A stretch of 64,000 nt of DNA from Octopus vulgaris (lineage: Eukaryota): assembly GCA_951406725.2 (NCBI GenBank), contig OX597815.1, forward strand, positions 80,972,001 through 81,036,000, given 5' to 3'. Position 1 is the first letter of the stretch. Each line of letters opens with the position of its first letter. Of the stretch, positions 1 to 13,834 are shown piece by piece. The position numbers and the translations under genes are program-made. The notes under the pieces were generated by a model. The model ran no database searches. It saw only the letters and a list, made by a program, of their open reading frames with translations, and had not been told where the DNA came from.

Positions 1-562
1 ATTTAGGTATGATTAGTATAATTTTGGTAGTAATGACTTTGTCCCTCTTAGTGTGAGGCATTTATGTGTAATAATGCCCTCTATACAATATAGATATAAT
101 TAATTTGTTCAAAAGAAAAAAATTATTTTCGAATTCTTTTCTTTTATGAGGTTTTCACGCTAACTACCCGATAATTTCTTGTTAAGATCCCTTATTAAGA
201 GGTTATCCTTAATTGTTAAACTTATTCCGAAATACTTTTTATTACCCGACATGCAGTTCGTAAAAAGCCCGCCATTTACCGGATATATGATTTATAAACA
301 TTCCATGTGCTTGGCCGGAGTGGGCAGTTGTCTGTTCGTCTTCGCTACGTAAGGTTGGTAGTTTATTTATGATGTGTTCAGAATCAGTTCTGCTGAGGAT
401 CATAAGACGTAAGTTGAATGTGAAATCACGGTGATACAGAACTAAATTCATTTTTTAAATGTCTTGCTTTGAAAAACTGCATTTAGGTATGATTAGTATA
501 ATTTTGGTAGTAATGACTTTGTCCCTCTTAGTGTGAGGCATTTATGTGTAATAATGCCCTAT

Positions 563-568
<6 letters not shown>
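1..568 (+). mobile_element. Partial-tandem ORF-less element (480-bp period) containing a hammerhead ribozyme; retrozyme or non-autonomous Penelope-like
   Basis: 1-80 is identical to 481-560; hammerhead motif at 386-443 lies between the repeats; ends in (TA)n at about 567; may extend upstream of the window. Confidence 0.65.
386..443 (+). ncRNA. Type I hammerhead ribozyme
   Basis: Stem I AGUUCUG(386-392)/CAGAACU(437-443); core CUGAGGA 393-399; stem II U.U then CAU/AUG with distal GAC-GUAA-GUU; GAAA 422-425; stem III AUCA/UGAU; AUA cleavage triplet ending at 436. Confidence 0.8.
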
Positions 569-637
<69 letters not shown>

Positions 638-704
638 TCATGTTCTGAGTTCTATTTTCCTGTTTGTACCACCAAACTTATATGTATATTTATCTGTGTA
701 TATA

Positions 705-1187
705 TCTATATCATAATTTTACTTGTTCGTTCGTTCACACGTTACGCTTTAGTGTCTTAGAAGAGGAGGTGGAGTGAGAGTAACCGAGAAAGAAGGAGAA
801 TGAGAGAGAGAGAGAGAGAGAGAGAGGAAGTGTGTGTGTGTGTGAGAGAGAGAGGGGTCGGGGAGTGAGTGAGATAGTAGATAGACAGCTGATGCATTAC
901 GGTGTCATTCTCATGGTTAGTGGAAATAAGAGATTGGAAAGAAACAAAAAAATGAAAATGTTAACGTAGTGCAGAGGGGATATACATGGTCAAAACACTT
1001 GTTGAAGTAAGAGGTAAAGATAAAGAGAGAGAAAGAGAGAGAGTGTGTGTGTGTTTAACTTGAAGTGTAATGACTTGAAATGAAATAATTTAGCAAAATT
1101 AAATAAAAATGTATATCATCCTTTTTTTCTTCTTAAATAGCTTCTCTTAATTTTTCCCGTTCCGTGGAATTTCCACGAGTTCTACTG

Positions 1188-1225
<38 letters not shown>

Positions 1226-1229
1226 CTAG
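705..1229 (+). mobile_element. Probable non-autonomous Helitron
   Basis: A|TCTATAT 5' end at 705; subterminal hairpin CGTGGAA-T-TTCCACG at about 1164-1178; CTAG|T at 1226-1230 after a TA expansion. Confidence 0.4.
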
Positions 1230-1273
1230 TTAGTTATATACATATATTATATATTATATATTACGAAATTCGA

Positions 1274-1316
<43 letters not shown>

Positions 1317-1429
1317 GAGTGGGGTAAATGTAGGGATAAGCAAATTAGACAGATCAATATATAAAGTGTATTAAATGAAATACAAATATTGTTTGTGTGT
1401 GTATATATATACATACATACATACATACA

Positions 1430-1463
<34 letters not shown>

Positions 1464-1655
1464 CATATATACATATATACATACATGCATACATACATAC
1501 ATATAAAAAATTCCAACTTAACAGATATAGAAAATTAATTGGGTGGAGAAAAGTATTACAAATCCAACAACTGTTTCTGGAGACACAGCTGTCTCATGTG
1601 TTCGCTCATGTGTGTGTGTGTGTGTGTGTGTATGTGATGAGACAGGAAAGTTCTA

Positions 1656-1867
1656 TTTTGTTGCTGTGGCATAGTTCAGTTGTTCTGTGGAAGATTCCAG
1701 CCAATCAGAGTTGGAGACGTATGAATAAAACGGCAGTGATCTGCCGCTTTGCTGTTGTAGTGAGTTCGTTCAGCTAAGGCAGATCACTGCCGTTTTATTC
1801 CTAGGCCTCCAGGTCTGATTGGCTGGAATCTTCCACAGAACAACTGAACTATGCCACAGCAACAAAA
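1656..1867. repeat. Long inverted repeat / fold-back hairpin (MITE-like or fold-back element)
   Basis: 1656-1709 is the reverse complement of 1814-1867; 1723-1745 is the reverse complement of 1778-1800. Confidence 0.9.
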
Positions 1868-2159
1868 CATATCTTTCTTATCTCGCTGCACTCCCCCTGC
1901 AGACTGCAAGTTGATATAAACAAGAAAAAGTGAAAAGCAAACAAAGAAAAAGTACAAAGCAAAATATTTCAAATGGCAAAAGAAGAATACATTGCATACA
2001 GTTGAATAAGGTACTTAGGTTGAGACACCGCTTTAGGTCGGAATAATATACACACACAACAATATTAAGTAAATATCAACATTTCTTATGCACGTCCTCA
2101 TATTGTCCGTTTTTATTCGTTTATTTGAACTGTTTGTTTATTTGAATTGGCGGTCTTAT

Positions 2160-2408
2160 ACGTGTGTGTGTGTGTCTTTGAACCTGTGTTTGTCCCTCCC
2201 CCACCATCGCTTGACAATTTTTATTGGTGTGTTCACGTCCCCGTAACTTTGCTCTTCGGCAAAAGACTCCGATAGAATAAGTACTAGGCTTTACAAAGAA
2301 CATGCCCTCGGGTCGATTTCTATGACTAAAATACCTTTTACGGTCGTGCTGCAGCATGGCATCAGTCAAATGACCGAAACCAGTAAAAGAACAAAAGAAG
2401 AAAAGAAT
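2160..2408 (+). mobile_element. SINE family A, 3' half
   Basis: Shares body and tail (CCCGTAACTT...CAGCATGG..CAGTCAAATGAC.GAAAC..GTAAAAGA) with many copies in the window. Confidence 0.85.
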
Positions 2409-3046
2409 ATGTGTTGTGTGATTTTTATTCGTGCGTGTCGAGTGTTTGGATACGTAGGAATTCGTGGGTGTAGGCTATTAAAACCATGCGTTCGCTCAGT
2501 TTGTTTTTTATCGGTAATATTTCGTATTTCCTTGTTTATTTAATCCTTCATATTTTCTACGAAAGAAATAGGATTTTTAGCTTTATCAAGCTTCTTAGAA
2601 AACACGCTGTCTTATCTTCTGAACGAAGTAGTTATTGCTGACGTTTTTTTCCTAGTATATAGCAATTATATGATTATTGTAGTGTTAATGATGTCATTAT
2701 TTCGGCTTTTGACATTTTATCTGTTATCTCCAAGGTCCTTTCAATACACAGTTTGTTTCTCTAATACGTTTGCTTTTAAATTAGCGTAAATCATTAATCG
2801 TTTTATTTATTTATTTGTTATCATTATTCTCTTTTTCTGTGGTATAGTGTTGATAATATTGTGTTATCAACTAGTATTTTTCTATCGAGTTTTGTTTTGT
2901 TTTGTGTTATGTAATGTTACTGTGTTGGGTTGAATCCTCGTTGAAAATCTATAATGAACTACCAATACTGCTTTTATGGTTCAATAATGCAACAGTAGAA
3001 GTCGTTAAAATTTACCAACTTTTATGTTGGAAATTTTTATTTGCTA

Positions 3047-3559
3047 CTAGCAGTATCGCCCGGCGTTGCTCGGGTTTGTAAGGGAAATAACTATATAAGC
3101 ATTTTTAGAGAGTTACTTCCCTTATAGATGCCAATTCGGGCTTTCTTAGCCATTTCTGTTTTGGTGTCTTCAAGCCATGAAGTCATTGTTCTAAAAGAAC
3201 GCTGGTCTCCTTGACAACGCTTTACGACGTTGATTTCCTTACACTCCCTTCCCCACAGCTTCACGAGGGAGGGAAGAAGGGGGAGAAGCAAACAGGTGCA
3301 GGTGTGACCATGGACGCCAACTCCGCCGCCATCGACACACGAAAAATTATGCATTAAAATGGAATAAAAAATGATGTTAAATTATTTTTAAAATCGTAGA
3401 CTCATCGTAGACGCGCGCTAATACTCAGACGGGCTCGATATGAATCACGACTATAAGATACCCGAATTTGGTTAAACTGCACCGCAAAATGTGGGAGTAG
3501 TTAGGAATCTAAATCGAAGGGGACAGACACTCACACAACTACAGTTTTATATATATAGA
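3047..3559 (-). mobile_element. Non-autonomous Helitron
   Basis: Minus strand: A|TCTATATATATAAAA 5' end, 3' hairpin CCCGAGCAACGCCGGG then ATACTGCTAG|T; inserted in an AT dinucleotide with no TSD. Confidence 0.85.
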
Positions 3560-3659
3560 TAATCTAAAACAAAAACTTTATTCATGTGTAAATTATAGTC
3601 ATCAGAATTTCGTGCAGCGATTTGCAAATGTTTTGTTATTGTTCTTGTCTTTGTTGTAG

Positions 3660-3745
3660 ATGATGATGACGACGACGGCGGCGGCGGCGGCGGCGGCGGT
3701 GGTGGTGGTGGTAGTAGTGGCTTTGGTGGTGGTGGTGGTGGTGAC
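3660..3745. repeat. Compound trinucleotide microsatellite (GAT/GAC/GGC/GGT)
   Basis: Directly visible. Confidence 0.9.
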
Positions 3746-5247
3746 ATTATGATATTTGAACGATTTTGATGATAAGTAATCTATGTTAATAAAACCGAAA
3801 TTCAGTCTGTCCATCTGGGACCTCTGTATCTTAGTCTAGACTTGCTCTACATAGACATACACCTTCTTGGAATCAGGATGATCCCGGGATTTTGAAAAAT
3901 CTGCCCTTCATTTAGTTCTTGAACATCTAGCTGGGATGTGATTTAAAAGCATTTGGTTTGCTATTTCTAGCAGGCAAAATTTGATTGATTTACACCATCT
4001 TCGTGGCGTTTGTTAGATGACGTTAGAAATCAAGGAGGAGATAAATGACATTTGCTTCGTTAATTTTACATCGAGATAACGACTTTGGGGCAAATTGGCC
4101 AACAGTTGGAGGTCAACTTGAGACTGGAAGAATAGAATAATTGCATTACAGAATTAATTCTCATCTGTCCTTAACCTCTGATTAAACACCATCGGGGCAT
4201 ATAGTCATTATAAACGTATTATAGTTACGCTGTTTAGCTCTCTTTAGTTTGGGGCTGCAGACCCAATTAGCCCTCTATATAAGCTAGAACAAAAGTCCGC
4301 ACAGAGTGAGACTTTTTAAAGCTAGTATTAATAATTTTGTGGGATTAGGTGTAACGCATGTTTTGTTTAGTTTAATAAAATTTTTGATAATGTGGTCACC
4401 TATTTCATATTTACAGTGCATATTTGGCTCAGGTAATATATTCTATGTGCGTTTGGTTTAATTTTTACTTAGTATAGTGGCTGTTGTATTTAATGTGCAA
4501 AATTTGCTTCTGTGTTGTTCAATAATTTGATTTATTAACTTATTTGTATAAGTTACTGGTTATTGTTTGTATTCATTAATCTATAACATTCGTTTTGTCA
4601 TGCTTCGATTGCAAATGAGAATCTAAATGTCCTAATGAAATTTTGCACCTCTGAAGATATTCCCTATTCCTAAATATGTACAGGCATGTTTATTAAGGAT
4701 TTTAGTAATACAATTATTGCTTCTTATCTCTATATTTATATGGAGCAGATGTACTACTGGGATGTATGCTTAAGATATCGTGAATATTTAAGTCCATGAG
4801 AGTTATTTTTATTTTTCAAGTATTCTTTTAGTTGTGTTTCTTTCTGGTATAATATAAAGTTCCTGGCTAGGACAACAGAAGAGTATTGTGCACTTAACCG
4901 AAAACTGTCGTTCGGTTAATATCATCTGGGAAAAATTTATTAATGTGTGAGAATTTGGTAGAATTTTTGACCCTCTTTAAAACCTCTCTGTTGTACATTG
5001 GCGATATATCATAGAACTATTTCCGTGTGGATTACTATTGTTTAGTATCTCCTAAATATTGTTAAATTGCTAATTTCTTGTTCAGTTTCCATATATAGAT
5101 GAAAGGGTTGTGTTAATCTTTTTTCTTTCTTTTGTCGGTTAGGAAAGCTGAAGTTTGTGTGAAATTTCTCTTAGTCATTCCTATGTTATGCATTGTAGTG
5201 CTGTCAATCAAATATCACATAATGGGGTTACATTGTAGCGGGATAGT

Positions 5248-5445
5248 TTATTCTTTTACACTTTTACTTGTTTCCGTCATTTGACTGCGGCCATGCTGGA
5301 GCACCGCCTTTAGGCGAACAAACCGACCCGAGAACTTATTCTTTGAACGCGTAATACCTATTCTATCGGTCTCTTTTGCCGAACCGCTAAGTAACGGGTA
5401 CGTGAACACACCAACATCAGTTGTCAAGCGATGGTGGAGGGACAA

Positions 5446-5499
<54 letters not shown>

Positions 5500-5670
5500 G
5501 TATACGCATATACGACGGGATTCTTTCAGTTTCCGTCTACCAAATTCACTCACAAGGTTTTGGTCGGCTCGAGGCTGTAGTGTAAGACAATTGTCCAAGG
5601 TGCCACATAGTGGGACTGAACCTGGAACCATGTGGCTGAGAAGCCAGCTTCTTTACCAGGCAGCAACTCC
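5248..5670 (-). mobile_element. SINE family A, near full length (tRNA-like head, internal CA/TA microsatellite)
   Basis: Minus-strand head TGGTAAAGAAGCTGGCTTCTCAGCCACATGGTTCCAGGTTCAGTCCCACT with Pol III A/B-box-like motifs; tail as in other copies. Confidence 0.9.
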
Positions 5671-6907
5671 TTTATTATTTTTCTCTCATAATCCTGTTTA
5701 AGGAGAGTATAACATAAAATTTTTATGTGTGCACTTTGAATTATTTTCCTTAAATTCAGTAAGCTACTCAGATAATATGTTTCATATTTGTTGTAAATAT
5801 GTAGCTGGAATTTTAGGGATAAAGCATGTGCCAATGAGGGCGAGAAATATCTTTGCTTCATTGATTTTGATATTTAGAAAGAGATTGAAGGGGTTAAAAT
5901 ACCGTGATATTACAGCTTATATTCTTATTAGAGATTTGTAAGTGAAAGGAATCTTTTCATTGAATCCACTATTTTATAGGATGTTACTGTAATGAGGTGT
6001 AGGTTTATCGAAGATATTCTTTGCTTGACAATAATAAGTCAGAGGCTCTTTTGCTTTTGTGATTAATTTTTTTAAAAAACTACGAGGCTTAGTTTGCATG
6101 TCTATGTGTGCACACAAGCTTTTCATTTAGTTTAATATAGAGTTGATATCTATTCACTTCTTAATTAACTGTTGCCTCGAAAATGTTAACAATATTCATA
6201 TTTCTAGATATTGTGGTTTTAAGCCGACGGTGATGACGTACTGGTAAAATATTTTCTGAAGTTAGAATCACTATGTTTGGGGAGTCGGGATGATCATAGA
6301 CTGCTGTGACTGTTGACAGGACAGCTTGATCAGAACAGACTTGGAGTTGAGCAACAAAAAACAACGACGACACGATGATGATTAATTCATAGTGATTAAG
6401 ACATGACCCTATGCAAAACCAAAGCGAGATTTTTACGTATGTCAAAATGAAATATGGAGATTAAAAATAGGCCAACAATGTCTGGAATCAAACCTATGTT
6501 TATTAATATGATAAAACTGCGAGAAGAGATAGTAACATGTAGAACCCCAGCTTATGTTTATGGCAACACGTCACTTTACATTATAACTCCAGCCGAGGCT
6601 GACTTTTCCATCCGCCCATCAACTGTCGTCGATAAAATAAATACTACTTATATAGCGTTTCAATACAGAACTAACACCGACATTGAACGCGCACAGACAC
6701 ATACCCGCACAATGTCTTTTCTTCTCACGCAGTTTCTCTTTCAAATGCGTGTTCTCTCTCAATTAGTTTCCTTTCTCCCCTAACACATTCTCTCTCTCTT
6801 TTTCTTCTTTCTCTTCATCGTTCCCTCTTTTTTTTTTTTCACTTTGTTATATTTTCCCACTACTTCACACAATCTACTTTTCTTTCACGGCTTTACTTGT
6901 TTTTTAC

Positions 6908-7072
<165 letters not shown>

Positions 7073-7354
7073 TTGCCTTTTCTTGTTCTTAGCCTTCTAA
7101 CCCATTCCCACTCCCTCCTACTTTCCCTGGCTGACATTAGATAATTGATGTTAGAACAACGATCCATCATAGCAAGGACTTCTGCCGGCGGTTGTGTCAC
7201 CTTCAAAGAACACCGCCAGTCACGTGCCTAGCATTTGCAGACAGGTGCCCGTCGCTGACAGTAACGGAGGTGCCCTGAAATTATGGATGACAGCATGTCT
7301 CTTTCTGTTACTTACTCTTTTCTTTCTCTTTTCCCTCTTTCTTTAAACGTACGT

Positions 7355-7461
7355 ATATGTGTGTGTGTATGTGTGTGTGTGTGTGTCTATGTGTATATAC
7401 ATACACGCACACATACGCATACACGCACATATATACATACATATATACATACATACATACA

Positions 7462-7494
<33 letters not shown>

Positions 7495-7530
7495 GCGTGT
7501 GTCTATGAGTGTCCATACATATATACGTGT

Positions 7531-7574
<44 letters not shown>

Positions 7575-7583
7575 ATATAAATG

Positions 7584-7616
<33 letters not shown>

Positions 7617-7627
7617 GTCTATGTATG

Positions 7628-7678
<51 letters not shown>

Positions 7679-7751
7679 ATGTATGTATATGTATGTATGT
7701 ATATATATATGTATGTATATGTATATATATATATTATATATATACACACAC

Positions 7752-7786
<35 letters not shown>

Positions 7787-7842
7787 TGTATGTGTCCATG
7801 TATGTATACATACACATGTATGTGTGCATGCATGTATGTATG
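7355..7842. repeat. Compound TG/TA/TATG microsatellite
   Basis: Directly visible; source of spurious Y/I/V/C/M ORFs. Confidence 0.95.
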
Positions 7843-8343
7843 CCTAAAAGCTATCGTTATTGATGCTGCTTGCTGTTACTTATCAATATTGCTTGCTTGC
7901 AGATGTTATCGTTATTGTTGTCTTTATTACTTGTTCGTTGTTCTTATTGATTTTTTGTTTTACTGTTGCTGTTGTCGGTGATAAGTGAAGGGATGACGGT
8001 CTTTCTTTCTTAATGGTTGTCTATATAAAAGGAAATATCGCTGTATTAGATTTCTTTAACAGTTGACTATATGAAAGAAAATAAATGCCTCTCGTCGGGA
8101 CAACAGTGTAAAAGAGATATTTAGCGAAATAAAGAGCTAGACAAGTGTATGTTAGTTTTGCATTGTTGGTTTTGAATGTGTGTGTGTGTGTACATGTGTG
8201 TTTATGTGTGTGTGTGTGTGGGGGGGGTATATATGTGTTTGTGTGCGTGCCTGTGCAATTATGTAGTCGCGTTTTGTGCTGGGTTTTCTCATTATGTGCA
8301 TATCATTTGCTTTACGATAACAACTGATACACACACGCCTATT

Positions 8344-8390
<47 letters not shown>

Positions 8391-8540
8391 TACATGCATA
8401 CCCGTGTTCACACGTATATAGATAGTTAGACAGACGGACAGAGGGACAGAAAGACAGACAGACAGACAGACAGAAAGACAGAAAGAACAGACAATTAGAT
8501 AGACAGGTAGACACATGGATAGGTAGACAGACAGACAGGC

Positions 8541-8709
<169 letters not shown>

Positions 8710-10362
8710 TGTTTCTTTATTAGCCACACAGGGCTGCACACAGATAGAACAAATTACAAGGTAGAGCTTTTCTTTTGGGGGTAAAAAAAAAGGCGGGGTG
8801 GTTTTCGATCAAAAGGGATCGTAAAAGGAAAGAAAGAGGACAAAAAAAGGGGAGGATTTTTAAAAAGGGGGGGGGAGAAAAGGGGAGATGAAAAAAAAAA
8901 TAAGTTGATCAATAGGGATCGTAATCACAGAAATGTCAATATGAAGTGTAAAGGGGAGGACAGGTGAGGTTTACCCGTGGAAAGAAAAGCCTACGGAAAA
9001 GACCACGGTAACCTCGGTCAATGATGTCACATGTTATATTTCTTTTTTTTTTTTTTGCAAATAAGCAACTCTCTGTATTAACTTTTACGGTTCATAGAAT
9101 CATAGTCAAGGTGGCTTCGTCATTCATACGTGCCATCTTTGCTACATTCACCCATCTTTTTTTAAAACATTCACTAGACAAAACTTGCCTCTCTACTCTC
9201 ACTTTCCTCTTCAAGTGATACTTGAAGAAGTTGATGAGAGATTGACCAGAGAGGAAAGTGTTTGTCTCTAATCCTTTCAGGCGCGTCCACCAGATACATT
9301 CTTTCGCCATAGCCACAAGTATGATAAAAATAGCTCTTCCTTCCCGTTTGAAGGAAGGAGGCGTGACGATATTAACGATAGACTCGGCTGATAAACCGAC
9401 ACGTCCCACACGTGACAGCAGTCGTTCGACATAAGCCCACAGGTCGGAAATTGCTGGACACTGCACGATTGCGTGCAGAGCGGTTTCGTCGCTCTGCCCG
9501 CATCTCGGGCAGGTCGGCCCCGTGTTTCTCGAGCCATGCCTATAGAGCTTATCCCGAACGGGTAGCGCTTCTCGGTAGCACCGCCAGGCCAGGGATCTCT
9601 GGACGTTGTCCATAGATCCCGGGCCGAAAGTCGTTTGAAACAGGCGGGTCAGGTATTCCTCGTCGACGCCCAGGTTTGCCCCGAGATCGTCGTCGTACCT
9701 CCCCTCCACTAATCCTCTATAGAATGCTTTGGTTGTGTTGAAGTCACTCAAGGTCGACCCGGGACGGCAGAGTTGCTTGAGAGCAAAGCGACACTCGCGG
9801 TGCCATTCGCCCTTCCTCGGCCTCTTTTTGATCCACGACTGCAGTTCGGTCATGGAGACGAGTTGCGGGAATGCGTGCCTCATAAACGGCGACCACACCT
9901 GTTCACCTTCGTCTAATAGAGCCGGAGATGTCGCAGTCCCAGCGCGTGTCTGCGCATCATCATCCACGGCATGCCCAGCCCTCCTTTTAACGGGTGTTGA
10001 CAGCAAATGGATCGCCTGACCATCGGGACGCATCCTTTCCACAAGAAGCGGAAGAGAATGCGTTCTAGTTTGGTGATGGTAGGGTCGGGACAAGGTACGA
10101 CGGTCAGGCGGTAGTAGATGATGGACGCGATGTACGTGTTCGCCACCTCTGCCCGACCTTTTAGGGACAGTTTCCTCTCGGCCCATTGCTGGGCGAGAGT
10201 GACCACCCTACTCGTTATCTCGTTCCAGTTCTTCTCCATTTGGAGGTCCGGACCGAACCAGACCCCGAGCAACTCAACCGGGCCGTCTGTCCAGCGTCCC
10301 ACGACGGAGGTACTGGTGGACGGCATGGGCTTGCTTCTCCAGGTGCCGAGCCGCAAGTCCAC
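8710..10362 (-). mobile_element. 5'-truncated Tx1/L1-clade non-LTR retrotransposon inserted in (TATC)n
   Basis: GC-rich island with ORF2 C-terminal motifs; about 380 bp 3' UTR ending GTGGCTAATAAAGAAACA; (GATA)n on both sides (8541-8709, 10363-10450). Confidence 0.9.
9092..10362 (-). pseudogene. Tx1-type ORF2 C-terminal part (end of RT/thumb plus CCHC zinc-binding zf-RVT), frameshifted near 9915
   Basis: LLGVWF...W..RKLSLKGRAEVANTYIAS...FRFLW...GGLGMP in ORF 9913-10362; W......LP......R...CPRC...ETALHAIVQC in ORF 9092-10186 in a different frame. Confidence 0.9.

Positions 10363-10450
<88 letters not shown>
10363..10450. repeat. (GATA)n microsatellite flanking the 5' end of the Tx1 LINE
   Basis: Directly visible. 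Confidence 0.95.
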
Positions 10451-10452
<2 letters not shown>

Positions 10453-11878
10453 AAATATATGTATACGTATGTGAATGTAATCTTGAGTAAAAATATGTCA
10501 ATTGTAAATATTTAATGTAGATTCTACTCTATATGTATGGATAACTTTTTACAAAGAAACATTCATTAATAATCGCAAAATACTCTATTTTACAGTTCAG
10601 CAAAAGCAAAATGCTTTACAATGATTAATTTAATTCTCCGTAAATAAAAAGGTCAATCCTATATACGTATCAAAAATTCGTAGTTATTTTCTAATATATA
10701 TTCTTGAATATACAATACTGAGTAAATAAATCGACTCAAGGTTCAAAACTGCAGCGTTAAGATATATTTATTTACGTTCAGAAGCGTCCAGAAATATGTA
10801 AATAAGCCTTTAGTAACGATTTGTCAGCTATAAAATGATACCTCAAACCACACACACACACACACACACTCGCAAGATTCTTACACAGTCCAACCATTGA
10901 ATTCTTAGTGATGGTTTTTTTCGTTTTTTTTTTTTTTCGTTCTTTCTGTTTTCATCTAATGCGTTTTTAATTAAATGCCTTATAAGCTATCACTTATAGC
11001 TAAATTCGCTTCGAGACACATCATTATTTATGTATTTTTATAATTTATTTGAAAGCGTGGAATGATCATAACGCCTGCCATTTCCCAGTATTGGCGAAAT
11101 TAAATGCAATTCATGTTTGTTTTGAACGTCTGAATATCAGTAGCCGCGAAATTAAAGTCCAAGAGGCATGTGGTTTGGGGTAGAGAGAATGAACCAAAGT
11201 GTTTAGGGCCTGGTTATGGAGAATAAGACAAAGTAGTGAGAATGAGTGAAAAGGTTGCGGGTGCACCAGGAGTGCTTATACAGTTACAAGTTTGAGTGGC
11301 GGTATTTAAACAGCAGTGACTAATATGCATGCCTGCGTGTGTTGAAAGGTAAAATACGAGTGAGAATGGTATCATCTACGCGTAGCCGTATCCAAATGAA
11401 AGTAACAGCAAGTAAGCAACTTATATCTCAAATGAGAGTGTTTGTATGAGTGTGCCTGTGTGTGTGTATGTATGTATTGAGGTAGTATGTATATTTGTGT
11501 GTGTATGCGTGCGTGTGTGTGTATGTGTGCGTGCATGCGAATGAAAAGTGAAGCAAACTTATATTGGCCTTGAGATGTACAATAGTTAATAGAACATGAA
11601 TCAGAGAGAGGGACCTCTATGATAGTAGATTACAATGGAACATTCTAGCAAAAATATTCTCTGCCCCAGAGATAAGGAACGTTGATGATTAACTAACTTA
11701 GCAGTGAGATTCTAATATAAGTAACGACGGAGGGCTTTTCTAATATCAACGCACCTTTGTTTTCTTCGAAATTCTCGAGGTTGAAAAAAGCCGGTAGTGT
11801 GTGTTTTAGGAAAGTAATATGTAGTATATTGGGTTCTATGAAAATCATATTGGTGGTCAGTGATGAAGAAAAGAGGGA

Positions 11879-11946
<68 letters not shown>

Positions 11947-12358
11947 AATGAGGGTAGTGGTTGTTTCTGATTGTTTTCGTCGGTTTTGTGATTTGAGAAG
12001 TATTGTAAAACAAGGTTTTGTGCTGCAGGAGGAGAGATTTAATGCTTTACTTATGCAATGGTTAATCATAAATTCATGAAAACGAGTAACTGTTGTAGAT
12101 AATTAAGTTGACAAGCGAGTCAGTCTCCGCACCGGCAATGTCGGTTTGAAAGGAAAGTCAGATTCAGAGCCAAGAGATGTTGTGCGTGTTGAGTTAACCG
12201 AAAAGGATATCAAAAGAGAAGAGCAATGCTATTAATGCAAGACGAGAGGTAATCAAATAGCTGCTGGTAACACTATGTAACACGATATGTTTGCTTACCC
12301 ATAGAAAGTATGAAAAATTACTGATATTTCCTTCAAACTTTGATTTTGTTACATCTCT

Positions 12359-12524
12359 TCAAACCCCCAAAGAATCCCTCTCAACACATGGTTATGATAC
12401 TCCTCCACTACTCCAGGTCATGATCAGAGATGCACATTGTCAGCCACTAAGAGGTATATTCAAGCGGTTTAGATCAAGTAATTGACAAGCAAATCTGTGG
12501 TGCTGAGCAGAATAATTGCTCTAA
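12359..12524 (-). mobile_element. Diverged fragment of the (TAA)n-associated element seen at 41093-41651 and 48025-48479
   Basis: Reverse complement matches GCAAATATTCTGCTCAATACCACAGATTTGCTTGTCA...GTGCATCTCTGATCA...TTCTTTGGG. Confidence 0.8.
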
Positions 12525-13199
12525 CGATATTTCTGCTTCAGCAACTCAGTACTGAATATGTCTGGAATGTAATGGAAAATAGGTAATTTTCAAGCATTGA
12601 TGCCACGTCAAAAAGGCAAAGTTGAAAGGAATAGTAGTCATCTCTTTTGATTTCTAGTTAGAAGCAAATAGGAAATAACAATCCCTGACCGAAGACAACA
12701 AAAATCTTTAAAATTTTGTTACGCAGTGTAATTGGAGGATTAAAAAGAACTGTTACAACAAATATGATTCATGTATTACGCAGCAAATCCTTAACAAGAA
12801 GTTATCTCTTGAATTTAAATAGAAAGATATGATACGGGATAGAATATATTTCTAAAAGTTAAGCTATATATGATGTTGATATTATTTAGATCAAGCTCAA
12901 CCCTCATGAAGCAAATTCACGATCTTAGGCATTTCGTTTTAGCTGTGATCATTCTGTCTTTTTTCCAGACACAGAGCATTAAGGACTACGTTATCCATTG
13001 TGTCCTTTTCTTAAAGTCGTTAGATTTAGTTTGGGAGAGAGTTGGGTGCTATTTCTCATTCAAAAAGTATTTGAAACATTTATATAATTTCAACACACAT
13101 TATTGCACGCTTGTTTCTGTCATCTCTGCTTTCCTGAATTTAGTAAGATCTAGAGATCTGGCGGTTAATTTTCAGTTCTGGACATTGTCACGGTTGTTC

Positions 13200-13350
13200 A
13201 GTCCCAGTTAAGTGTGGACAGCATACCTATGATCATCCATTTTCGGCTACAGCATATCTTGGAGTAAATTATCCAACGTGTTCTTTATTTTTCAGACGAT
13301 AGTGTGATTTAAGATTTGGCTGCTATTTCTAGCAGACCTAGCAACTGCTG
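13200..13350 (-). repeat. Old dispersed repeat family D (probable LINE/SINE 3' end); further copies at about 3830-3975, 12890-13060, 16230-16420, 23090-23280, 32540-32710, 56960-57135
   Basis: Recurrent motifs GACCTATGATCA and GATTTGGCTGCTATTTCTAGCA; some copies are preceded by (TTG)n, a minus-strand (CAA)n tail. Confidence 0.6.
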
Positions 13351-13794
13351 CTTGGAGCCTTCTTCATTCGTGCTGCCCATTCAGCTAACAAAGAAAAGTA
13401 AATCCACGCTCATAGAATGAGTGTGTTTTATTCGTACGTTACCGATATTCACGCTCACATATTTATTCGCACACACAAGCGCACACATGTGCGCGGACAC
13501 ACGAATGCTTATATGAGTATATTTAGATGTATGAAAGCTAATCCACACAGGGCTATGCACACGCGTGCTCATACATACGTACGCATGCGCGCATACATAT
13601 GCAGAATATTTTCGCAAAACATGCATTGCATTCCAGGTGATAGTTCCTTCTCGGCTTTATAATTTCTTTATTTTTGTTTTCAAAAAGATCAAATATGCAG
13701 CTATTACGTAAATAAGCCAAGACTTTAAACACTTCCGCTCCCTTGTTGCAGCAGGCTGGGAATGCATAAATACAAACATAAAGATCATAGATAT

Positions 13795-13834
<40 letters not shown>

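Noticed and set aside
4140-5240. Possible decayed Penelope coding region on the minus strand (similar AT-rich stretch at 23530-24130)
   Set aside because: Only vague similarity; no continuous motifs I can support
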